The translations under genes were made by a program, and so were the position numbers. DNA of 64,000 nt, taken from assembly GCA_030141605.1 (NCBI GenBank), contig JAQGDQ010000605.1, forward strand, positions 66,207 to 130,206, in the 5' to 3' direction. The notes under the pieces are model-generated. The model ran no database searches. It was not told the origin of the DNA and saw only the letters and a program-made list of their open reading frames with translations. This document shows, one piece after another, positions 39,417 to 51,100 of the stretch (the stretch's first letter is position 1; every line of letters starts with the position of its first letter). Source of the stretch: Tubiluchus corallicola (taxonomy: Eukaryota > Animalia > Priapulida).

Positions 39417-39489
39417 CTTCGTAGACTGTAGTTGGTCCCCAAGAGATTGATCTCTCCTTTGATAATGCTAGCCTCTCTGCCTTGTTCAT
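39417..39489 (-). CDS. Putative first coding exon (MNKAERLALSKERSISWGPTTVYE), probably spliced to the 27619-26487 exon
   Basis: gcagccATG at 39489; strong donor GAAG|GTAAGG (phase 1) matches the phase-1 acceptor at 27619, giving 401 aa; RSISW fits the RVxF-type PP1 docking consensus. Confidence 0.55.
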
Positions 39490-40041
39490 GGCTGCAATGT
39501 CAACTTGGCAGACAGTGACACAGACTAGCAGAAAACTCAAGCGGTTCGAGACAGATAAAAAAACAACTATTCGTGTTTTTCTACTTGGCTTACATAAAGA
39601 CAAGCGACCTACATACGTGTCAGTCGTCTGTCTAACATTTGTTTCTTAACAGTGTCGATAGCCTCTTGAATGGGAACAGGTAATTTACACCTGTCACACG
39701 CTTCTTTACAAGAGAAGTTAGATTATCACTCCACTTTGGAAAAAAATTAGGTCTGCTGAGTGTTTAAAAGTCGTTTTTCTTTGTTTTCGCTAAGTTAATA
39801 TTTTGTCCGCTGGCGCACGTTTGGCGCTCACTTTTCGAGAACTTTTATTGTGTGTAATCCACGAAATGTAGGTTTTCTCCCTCTACACGCCTGTTTGCTA
39901 ATGCCTACTTTTCACCCCTGCTAGAAAGCCCGCTCCTACCTTTGCAAGTTACTCGGCCAGCAGCTGCAGTAGCAATTCTTCCTAGGTAGGCTTAGCTGGG
40001 ACACGACTGTTTGGAATTTTGGCAAGCGTTCAGCTTGGGCG

Positions 40042-40345
40042 AGTTTAATCATCACAGTTCGTAATTTTCTAGCTCGTTCTGCTATTTCAAGCTAAATTTT
40101 ATTACTCTTGTTCACAGCGTATGTTTGTGCTGCCATCTCTAGTCAATATTGAAAAAGAATAGGCTAGAAAAACATCTTATTACAGCTGAATCTCATTACA
40201 GTTTAATCATCACAGATCGTAATTTTCGAGCTCGCTCTGCTATTTCAAGCTAAATTTTTTACTCTTGTTCATGGCGTATGCTTGTGCTGCCATCTCTAGT
40301 CAATATTGAAAAAGGATAGGCTAGAAAAACATCTTATTACAGCTG
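40042..40345. repeat. 158-bp direct tandem duplication
   Basis: agtttaatcatcacag...catcttattacagctg at 40042 and 40200, with scattered substitutions. Confidence 0.9.
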
Positions 40346-41806
40346 GATAGACCATGTCGTTTACAACTATTTCAAAATTTGTTAAAACAATTTTGAAACA
40401 GATTTCGTCTGCTATGCGTCTAACTGTTGCCAAATACGGGTTGTAGAAAATGACGTGATAAATTTGCTATAATATCATTTTATTAGTAAGCGTATCTACA
40501 AGATTTATACCAATTTATACTAGAAATGAGCAGTTAACTGTTATTATTTAATCTCATTTATTTTCAAAATAAAATAATACAAAGCTGTCCATTGGCAGGG
40601 TAAGAGTGCACTAATACATATAAAAATTCACTACATTTAAAAACTCAATGTAAACCCACACGTACGCACGCACGCACACACACGCACGCACGCACGCCAC
40701 ACACACACACACACACGTAATAAAAATAATTTAATACACAATGAATACATTGAATCTTGAAGATTATTATCTGGTAATTCTGAAACTGTTGCTAAAATGA
40801 CTACATGTTGTACGATACTAGTTGACGATGTTAATGATGGCTGCACATGCAGATGCATCGCGGAAAATATACAGGTGTTCTAAACTTAGCGAAGGTAAAA
40901 CGTTTTGCATAGAAGACTTAGCGTTGTACGAAATCAAAGGACAGTCAAATACGAAGTGTTCAGGCGTTTGTATATCTGTAAAGCACTTACAGTAGTAACT
41001 AGTCACTAGTCACTAATATATTAGCAACACCGAGATGACTTTTTTCGTATTTTCGATGACTTTCCAACGAAACGTGTTTTCACTAGAATCGTCCGTCACT
41101 GAGTCTGAGATTTACGCATGATCCAAATTGGCGAATTTTGTTACTTCGCTTTTTTCATTTTCACATTCTTTTTTCTTTAGCCAGACATTTGTGGTCCCCA
41201 AATTTTTGACTGTAGTTGCATGTCGACATTCATTTTAAAGAACTGTCTATTGATCATCCGTCTTCAATAGTATTCCTCTGAGGGCGGATTATTACGCACG
41301 CGTTCGTGAATCGTACGCAGTAAATATGTAGACACTCTACCGGTCTTTAAAACTGCTTGAGTACTTATATATTTACTACTGATTTCCCGACTGCAGCACC
41401 ATCTACCGCCTGTTCGCGAATCTCTAGGCAGACTCCACACAATAATTCAACTAAAATATCTAATTCAAGATCACAATTATTCGAAAGTTCTGTATTTCAG
41501 CACAGAAACTTCATCAAAAAAAGAGTGAGTTAATTGTAATACGGCAGTACGTTAAATAACGTTCTGACAAACCCATTATAATAATACACGAGCTATCTAA
41601 GCAGTACCAGTAGCATCAGGAGCACGTTCCCATTCTCTAGAAATAAGTTTTGAAAAAATTATCAAAAAAGGGCTATTTTGGAGGTTTTTCGGCTCCCGTT
41701 CCTCTCGGTGGGCCCGATTCGAAAAATAAAACCCCAATGGCAAGTCTGTGGGTCCGAACCTTTCGTTTGTTGTATAGATCGCCGCAAATGGTGCCGTCGT
41801 CAGAGC

Positions 41807-41932
41807 TGTAGCCTCGTCGGTTATATATAAACCCATATAAATATATATGAATGATTACGCGTTGAATATAAGACGCTCTTATACTAGAACTTAGATATAT
41901 ATATGGGTTTATATATAACCGACGAGGCTACA
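41807..41932. repeat. Perfect 33-bp inverted repeat with 60-nt spacer
   Basis: tgtagcctcgtcggttatatataaacccatata (41807-41839) and its exact reverse complement (41900-41932). Confidence 0.9.
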
Positions 41933-43589
41933 TCTATATATATATAGAATTTCAAAGACCGTGCGTGAATCTATGTATTAATTTCGGTGGTATATATAAA
42001 CACATGTTTACCGTCGTTATCGATTTGTTGGCGGAAAAATTTAAAATACAATTCTTGAATTACCATCGTATCATCAAACAAAGTTGGTTGGTAAGTACGA
42101 GCACGTTGATGGAGTTAAGGGTAGTGTCATTTGACGGATGACAGGCAGTGACATGTTCGAGGATTTAGTTCCTCGCTGTCATCCATGGCACACAGAGGTA
42201 GGTACAACAGTCGTATTGATCATTTTCAGTCTACTCATGTATAAAATGTTTTTTGTACCTAATAAATAACAAACAAATAAAATATATAAATACGAATGAG
42301 ATCAATCCCCGAAAGAATGAAATAGATAGACGCTATCATAATTACTTTCAGTTGCTCAGCTCATAATTACTTTTTCAATTTTTTTCATATTAATAAAATT
42401 ATTTTAATCACGCCCTATGTAAAATACATACAGACCTACTAGCAGATCTGCAGTAGACAATGCTAGACATGCGTAATAAAATAAGTAAGCAAGACACGCT
42501 TACAACTTAGTCGTTATATTTAACTGTTTACTGCCGTGTTGATTTTATTGTAACAATAAACGACGATAGTGCAATAACTATCTTCATAATTATTAAGAAT
42601 ATAAAAAAGAACTTTGTACTCGTCACAAAAGCCAGAAACTCATAGTAGTCTGAAATAGTTGCTGCGGGGTGAATTAGAATGACGTAAAACTAATTGTTAG
42701 AACGCTGCGCAACTTAATTCTCACGTGGAAACTGCATCTATACTAGAAGTTTATCTTGACAAACCTAGATTACCAATTCAGATTTCGTACGATAATGTTG
42801 ATAACAATAAATAATTTATTTATACACTAGTTATACAGGTATACCCATTTATATATATATAAAGTAATCGTTACTATGGTAATTAATTGTAATATAATTA
42901 TATATATTTTTACCGTAATGATTACTTTTAAATTGTTAAATGCAGTAGTGAACGGAAACGTGTAAATTTAATGTTAAATAAATACTGAACTCTACGAATA
43001 TTTTCAGTTTTCAAGCTTAAATTGGCAGAAATTTCTAGAAAAATGAAATCGTAAGTTTACTTTTGCCTTCTTTAAAGCCCATGAGCTTACTAATTTTACT
43101 TATACATTTTAAGCATTTTCTTAATATTCAATATTAAATTTAAAACTTTTACTAAATAATTCTTTGTCCTGAAAATGAATAGCTTTTGCGCTGAAAATCT
43201 AAAATTCATTTGCAGTGAGATGGCAACCGCCCCCCCCCCCCGTCTGGCACGCCCATGATGACTGTGACATTGTAGTGTATGAAAAAGACAACGGCGCATC
43301 ATAAAACTATATTTATATGTGACGCACATAATCAAGTTTGACACGAATGCGACATTGGCAATCCGTGTTTATAATACTTATGATGACCCCATATAAAATA
43401 ATAATATTATTTTGTCACCCAGCTGAGTTGACGTGAACAGTGAGCTGTCAAAAATTGTAAAAGTGTCAGTTGACAGGCAGTAAATGAAAGTGAAATGGAA
43501 TCTTTGCTATGTCAATGGTTGTGACTTATTTGATGTTTTCAGCATTTTTATGGTTTCTAGAGCTTCGTCTTTCCTTTATTTCTGCGCGC

Positions 43590-43627
43590 TCTCTCGTCTC
43601 TCCCTCTCTCTTTCTCTCTCTCCCTAT

Positions 43628-43665
<38 letters not shown>

Positions 43666-43810
43666 ACTCCCCCTCTCTCTTTCTCTCTCTCACTCTCCCT
43701 CTCTCTTTCTCTCTCTCTCTCTCTCCATCCATCCATCCATCCATCCATCCATCCATCCATCCATCCATCCATCCATCCATCTATCTATCTATCTCTTTCT
43801 CTCTCTTTCC
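43590..43810. repeat. Compound (CT)n/(CCAT)n/(CTAT)n microsatellite
   Basis: Directly visible. Confidence 0.97.
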
Positions 43811-44236
43811 TATCAGGTTGTTTCTGTTTCTCACTTTTGATCCACAGATCTCTGTATCTCTCTTTCTTTCCTTCACTCTTTCTAGCTATCATTTTGCTTC
43901 TCCCCCCCCCTTCTTCTGTTTTTCACATGATTAGCGCATTCATTACAAAGAAATCTCTCATACGTTAAGTTGTGTGAGTTTTTTTAACACACGCACGGCT
44001 TGGTACTGCCATATTATATGTATCATAAAATACTACGATGCCAAGCATATCTGACCGATTTCACTGTTTCACGGAAAAATTTTCACTGCTACTTTCACTT
44101 GTACGGAGGATGAGCTGGTACAGAGAGTTTATAGGACCTGGAATTAACATTTTTATAATCCCTTACAATGTCATCATGTGGGTCACTAGGCCGGTAAAAT
44201 ATTGAAAATAAGTAAATGGACGAAAAAGTGAATTGA

Positions 44237-44354
44237 TCACGTGACTTTTATCTACGTCTTATATAAACAGCAGATTTCTGAGGAAATTACAGTAACTTTC
44301 CTATATGTGTTGTGTCTTCTAGTTACCTTTGTCTGCCAGGGGAACAAGAAAGCG
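44237..44354 (+). promoter_or_regulatory. Core promoter and non-coding first exon of the Tyr-rich secreted protein gene
   Basis: E-box TCACGTGAC 44237-44245, TATATAAA 44260-44267, Inr-like cagt ~30 nt downstream, donor GCG|GTGAGT at 44354/44355. Confidence 0.65.
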
Positions 44355-44622
44355 GTGAGTCGGTTATGGATTACTTAATTTCTAGAGGCTTTAAAGTTTA
44401 ATAAAGTTATTAGAAGTTTTTCAAGAGTGTAAGATACGATACTAGAATCCCATGTTCAAATCCCGGCTGAGAAAAGTTTTAAAACTTTATCTTACCTGGT
44501 CTTAAATATATTTTTGCCATTTATTAATCAAGAAACTGGAAGAAACTGAGGCCAATGAAAAATTACAAAAATATTTATGGAGTTATTAAAAATAATTATT
44601 TTGTTCTAAATTTATAGGAAAG

Positions 44623-47253
44623 ATGAAGGAATTGTTAACAGCGGCGCTACTGCTGGCAAGCCTGCAAGTGGTAAGTTACACAGAATTTTTACCAATACGA
44701 AGCGCCTGCTAAAATTATGTTGTTAGTTGTGGTAGGATCGGAACTTATTTCATTACAAAGACAAGCTTCTGAGCTACAGTCAAATTCATATATATTCTTC
44801 TTCTACAAAGTATAGCTGAGGCAGTACTACAAATGAAACTGTGTGGAAGTCACCCAGCTAAGCACAGACCAGGTTGTTGCTTAACTTTGGTTCCTTGGCA
44901 CATAACGGTAACAACTACTCACCGCAGTTAATTCAATTAGTTTATTCACTGTGTATCACTATTGTTTTAGAACTCCCAGCAGCTAATCCAATTCAGCACA
45001 CATAGGCAGAATCTAGGATCTAGTCTGTCAAGTAGCAATAAGTTGTAAGATCAGGAGAGTAGCGTCACGCATGCGCATTTGGCTGCAATATTTAAAGATC
45101 CACTGGCACCCTGGTTGACACTTGCTGTCAGAATTCACTATTGACCAGCCTGATGTTATTCGGCTTTATTTCTTTATAAACTTCCGCGTTTTGCTTTGGT
45201 TAGCATTGAAACACTTCAAACTTAGCGCCGCACAGACATCTTGCGAAAAACGAAAAATCGGGGGAAAATCCCGTTAGGAACGACTCTGCGCATGTGTGAC
45301 TCTCGCTGTATCTCGCTGTGTATACTGTGTTTGTAAGATCCTTGAAGGTTTGTAAATTGAAGACTGATTCTTATAAGTTCATTTGCTGTAAATAGGTAAA
45401 AAATATTGAAAGAAACGGTTTTATTAATAGGTAAATCGTTACTCAGCAATAACCGCTCTGTTCACATTGATCTGTTTGCGGGGGCCGCCGGTTTCTACTG
45501 TGCTACCTCTCAGTAAGCGCTACATGACGTGACGTCATTGCATTGTGTGTCATGGCGGGGAGTAATATTTGCTGCAGGGAAAACGGCGCGCAGTTTAAGT
45601 AACAATATCACATAAAAGTATGCATCAGAAACTGTCTTAAAAGTTAAGAAATATGTTATTCCGTCTACGCTTTAAAATATAATAAAATAAAAGAAAGAGT
45701 GTCAAGACGTTTAAGTAGTGCCAAACTTAATTAGTAAATGGATAGATGAAAACTGCTTCTTTGTAATTTCATTTGCCAAATATCCAACACTCAAAATTAC
45801 CAGTTCTGCCACACTGTATATTAATAGACTCGTAAGATTTGTAGCTGTTTTTCTACTTTCAAAGCCACTTTCATTTTGGACTAAAAAATTCAGACACTTC
45901 GTTTCTTACCGAATTGTTTTCAGTCTTACCTGTGTCAATGTAATTTCGGTGTGAGTTACATCAAGTAAGGTAGAATTTACTTTTATTTTAGGTTCTAAGC
46001 TGGTATGGCGACACAAGTTATGGACTTTATCAGGAGAAACCACCCGCTAGTTTAAATGGCCCCTACTTTTTGCCCGGCGTGCAAGTGAATTACAACAAAG
46101 GACTACATCACGGTAAATACAATAACAACCGCTATGGTAGGTACAACACTCACCGTGGCAACTATTACAAAGATAATGGAAGATACAACACCAGAGACAA
46201 GGGACAGTACTACAACAACCGGTACAAGAATGTTGGCAATAATGGTCAATATAGGTAAGTCAATTCAATTTCAATTTATTTATCTCTTTATAGTGTTACA
46301 ATAAAACATGATTAATAAAAGAATCTCTAATAAGTTTTGAAAAATGGTTAAAATCTATATATAGATCTAGAACTAGAGAAAGGATAGCGAAAAGACTATA
46401 AAGTCACCTTAGTCTGCTATCCTTTACCGAATATAGATAAAAAGATGTTTTAGATACTGGTGGGCATTAATGTTATCAGTTTAATTTAGGAAACATTAGT
46501 AATTTTTAAAATTATGACCTTTGCTATATAATCCAGAGAAAAGAATATACATGTAGTTTATTAGCGGGCAATAAGTTGTAACATTGACCCAGTTGTTAAA
46601 AAATCCCGTTTTTAGGGGAAAAATTGTTATGAAAAAGTTGAGTTGAAATGTGGATTCGAATTCAAAAGCTTGCATACTCCTACGAACGCAAAATTAATTT
46701 TTAAGGTGTACACTGCAACGCAGTCGGTATGAAAATAGGCTCAACTGATGTTACTGCTCTATAACATTAATTCAGGAAAAATTCATACTAGCATTTATCA
46801 CAGGCGTGCACTCCATTTCCAGTTTAGTTTAAATCTTTCGATTTTTTTAGAAATCTTTCCAAATATAGTAAATTTTTCTTTCAATTCACAAAAATACTGT
46901 TTGCACCTGGTAACTCAGTTTCAGAGCCCTGTCACAGAGTTACAGCTAAATGCTTTAATAACTTTCTACAACGTTCTATCGTGTTGCAGTAATACAGAAC
47001 GCACAGCGTGAAATTTTAGCGCCATCTGTCGACAGCCAACGTAAAAACTAGCACTGTTATTCATTTTATTCATTTTTATAGGAATGGTTATGCAGCAGAT
47101 TTCTATGGTAAGCACAAAAACAACAACTACGTGCGTGGAACAGCTTGGGGACACACTAGTTTCCGACCAACAAATGGCTACTTTTACCGAAGACTAAACT
47201 TTCCCTTGGTAGCTTATCCACAATCTCCTGTACAGGGATACGTTCGATGGTAG
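44623..47253 (+). CDS. Secreted Tyr/Asn/Gly/Arg/Lys-rich protein, 160 aa; coding exons 44623-44670, 45992-46254, 47082-47253
   Basis: MKELLTAALLLASLQV|VLSWYGDTSYGLYQEKPPASLNGPYFLPGVQVNYNKGLHHGKYNNNRYGRYNTHRGNYYKDNGRYNTRDKGQYYNNRYKNVGNNGQYR|NGYAADFYGKHKNNNYVRGTAWGHTSFRPTNGYFYRRLNFPLVAYPQSPVQGYVRW*. Both donors are GTAAGT, acceptors are T-rich TAG, phases match, and AATAAA follows at ~47372. Confidence 0.88.
44846..44892 (-). mobile_element. 5S rRNA-derived SINE-like fragment
   Basis: Minus strand ccaaagttaagcaacaacctggtctgtgcttagctgggtgac resembles the 5S internal control region (A box ...GCTAAGC, C box GGATGGG.GAC). Confidence 0.4.
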
Positions 47254-48156
47254 CGCAAGATATAATTAGTTCATTTTGGCAGCCATTTTTGTTGCCAACT
47301 GTAAATATTGGATTAACACACTCATGAATGATGTCAGGCTTTCATCTATATTGCTTGTTGTTATTGTTGATAATAAAACTATGGAAAAAAGTTGTTTGTT
47401 TGCTTGTTGGTATTTTTGTGATTTACGTTGTTGATTTTCGTTGATAACTTTAACGTTCATTATGGGTATCGATTAAAAACATTAAAATCGATATTGACCC
47501 TAACTCAATAAAGAAAAAAGTTAAATGAGAACGTTGCGAGTCCTCGGTAACGTTTTAAAAATAAGTAATTATCTAAGCGCCCGATAGATGGCAGAAGTTT
47601 CTGGACGTAAAGAAGTTCTATCTGTTTAGGTCTACGAACTTCATTGAAAAAAGGTAAATACAAGCAGCACAATTCATGCAGCATTAATTAAGTAAACAAC
47701 ATTTAGCTTCGAGGTTAGTATCTATGTTTCTTTATAAAGAGTCAAAGGCAATAAAAACTAACGTTTTATAACCATGACGATACCTTTTAAGAATGCTCAC
47801 ATGATGGCGCCACAATGCATTTGCGTTGAATTTTCGCAGACGATTGCTTGGCTGATTATGACTAAGGCAAACGCTGAGAACCTTGAGCACGTTTAACGCT
47901 TGACATTCTAGTGGGAGGCGGTCTAGTTGTTACGTGCTTGTTCGTGTGATATGAACATGACTTAAATTACCACTTATTGCTTGTGGTGAAAACGTGAGAA
48001 AACATGTGACATCAGTTGTGTTACAGTGTCGTCTGAAAGTGATCATGAAATAGCGCGAAAATATGTGAGCTATTTGCAAGGAGCATCAATTCGTTAACAA
48101 ATGGATTATAACGCATTAATTGCTGGATAAATTCAATGAACTTGCATTTATAAATT

Positions 48157-51100
48157 ATGAAGAAATACAAAAGAAAGTGCTGCATTTTTGTGCCCGTGTT
48201 GATATTGTGCTTCGTGGGGGCTGGAGGGGTGATGAGTCAGTGCCCCAAAGAATGCAGTTGTGCTGGGCACTCTTTGGACTGCGCTAACATGGGATTAACG
48301 TATGTGCCGCGTGACGTACCGCGTAACGCTGAGCGATTGTAAGTACCGCTTTCCCAATTAATTAAAAGTAAATGCACAATTGAAGCGCGTAGTATATGCA
48401 CTATGTGTAATGAGTATTTAGGATTAAGATGTAATTTATTAGGCCACGTTCACACGCACTCGATTAAGTAACACCACATAGAGTCAAACAAACAAACAAA
48501 CAAACAAATGTACCAACAAACAAACACGCAAGCAAGCAAGCAAACAAACAGTTGAAAAACACTTTACAATTATGAAACTAACAGCTTAGTGGTTCGTTAT
48601 ATTGTCCAACGATTGTGGTGCGTATCAAGAGCGTTCGAAAACAGATTATTGCTGCTGCTGCTGCTGCATCTTATTAATTCACAGAAACGGAGAAGCTAAT
48701 TTTCAAATAGGGAGTGTAAAAGAGATTTAAAAGAGTCATGAAGAACAGAGGATTGAGCCAGTTGAACAGAAGCACTGGATGAGAAAACTAAGTAAATAGA
48801 AGAAATGACGTGAAATACTTTCATATATATATATATATATATGTAAGTAAAGTAAAAGTCAAGTAAAATAGCAAAAACACATAAAACAATTTGTCCACTG
48901 ACAAGCGAGTAGACGCATCACTGCATAAAATATAATTTTAGTGTGATATTAATTAGAATCGTGAATATCTACAAAAGTTGAAATTTAATTAAAGATCATT
49001 ATTTCCACAAACTTTATCAAGTTTATACAAATATTTGGCTATGTTTACAGTAAGTTATGTCGTAACAGAGTTGATATGTTCAGCACAGTCAGCAGATTTA
49101 GTTTTCGGGACATTCTAAGACCGCATGAGTAAGAGTTTAAACAAGATTCAAATCACAAAACTGACATATTCTATTTTCCCGTCTCTTTACGTGTAACAAG
49201 AAAATAATTAATTTTTTTAATCATCATTATAATAAAGTCACAAAGTTCAGGTGATTTTGAAACCTTTTACTTCTTGTATTTACAAATCTGCAAAAGTGTT
49301 CAAAGACTAAACTAGTCAATTTTCCGCGTGTTTTCCTTTCAAAAATGCGCTATTTAAAGTTTTCAATAAACTTCTCCAATATCTGGGGGCAGAACGCGGA
49401 GTGATTTAGTTGAAAAAAAAAACAGGTGAATGTAACGCGAGCCGAGTTGTAAAACTTGTGTTTATTATCTCCGAGAACGGCCATAACTGTGAAAACAAAC
49501 GTATGGATCGGTTAGTTTTCTCATCGAAGTTTAAGAAAATCCGTGGAAACTAGTCAACTGGTTGTGGTGATTCGTAACAACTCGTCAAAAAGTAATAAAC
49601 AGCTCAAGTCTATATAAGAGCCAATAACAACCATAGTACATGTATAGGAGTGTTAATTCCAAACGCTAGTACACAGAACTGTATGTAGCACCTACTGCAA
49701 GTATCCATTCGCTGTTTTACTGAATATAAAATGAAAAAAGTAAAACAATGCAAAATTAAACATTGAAGATGTTTGATAGCAATATATATCTACCTGTAAG
49801 TTTACGGCAGTTCAATGAATCGACACACACTTCTGTACATATATATATATGTAAACCGTTGGTACTTTGTTGTGCCATAAAACTATATAGATAAATACAT
49901 GTATGTAAAGTAGGGGTGAACATTCTCTAGCAGAAAGCGAATTCGAACCGAATTTGTGACTTTCGAATTCGAATCGAACCGAACTTCAGTGTTTCGAATT
50001 CGAACCGAATTCGAATTGAGATCGAAAGATTTTCGAACAAGTTTTCGAACCACCATTAAAAATTAGTCTTACAAAGATCATGCATATCATTAGATTTTGT
50101 TCTGCAATAAAACGACTAGTAATTTCTTTAAAATTGTGCGCAGAAATCACAGCTAAATTATGCTAATTGCATGATGTTTCAATCGCTTTAGTGATAAAGA
50201 ACATGTGTGATTGAAGTGCTGAATTATTCGAATCTATAGTTTTGGATTAGAATCGAGTTCGAACTAAAAAAACTCGTTCGAATCGAAGTCGAGCGTTCGA
50301 ACTCGAACGTTCTATGCTCACCCCTAATGTAAAGTCAGTGCTGGACACTATAATGATAATCGATAGCCTGTAATATCACAGCAGATGGGTCAGTGTTACA
50401 ATTATGATCTTTGTTTTACAAAATTTCCTTTCTTGTCTTGTTCAGTTTTCGTACTAGAATTTCTGAATGGTTTTAAGCGAACTTTATAATTTCAATTAAA
50501 GATTCTTTTCTCTACCACGCTTAGTTTATATGTTATAATGAACCCAAACAGTCAGTGCTTAGGTACTGCTACCTGACATTTAAACATTTCGCGTTAGTTT
50601 CTAGAAAGGCTGAGATCTTCCTTACAATCAATTATGTACTTCACATTAGAAGTCTGTAATTTTATTTTCATTTAAAAATTTTAGTGAAAAGTTAATGACT
50701 ACAATATTTGTAGTGCTTTACTAAGAAATAGCTTATTAACGAAAGTTAAGCAAAGCTAAGCATGGTCAGTGTGTGGATGGGTTACCGCGAGGAAACTCTT
50801 GAGTTTTTTCAACATGTCGCTTTGTTAACCTAACTCTTCGTCGTTTATTTACTGTTTTATAAAGCCCAAGCAGCTTTTATAGCGCCGATTAGCATAGAAC
50901 AGTAGCATCGTTACATTTATTTTGAACTGAACTGAACAGTTTTGACACTTGGCAATTCTAATATATTTTGAATAAGAAACCTATTTCTTGAAAAGAAATA
51001 AGCACTCCGCCAGGTAAACTGAGAATGTTTGCCACTACAACGACTGCATTGACTTGACCACTAGGGGTCGCCAGCCTAGTATTGTTGCTTACTAAACTGT

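Noticed and set aside
620-39489. FoxO + TIPRL + putative PP1 interactor as a functional insulin/TOR-phosphatase cluster
   Set aside because: Neighbourhood alone is not evidence in an animal genome; unrelated genes intervene and synteny cannot be tested here.
50740-50795. 5S rRNA gene
   Set aside because: Only a diverged ~55-nt internal-promoter-like piece is present.
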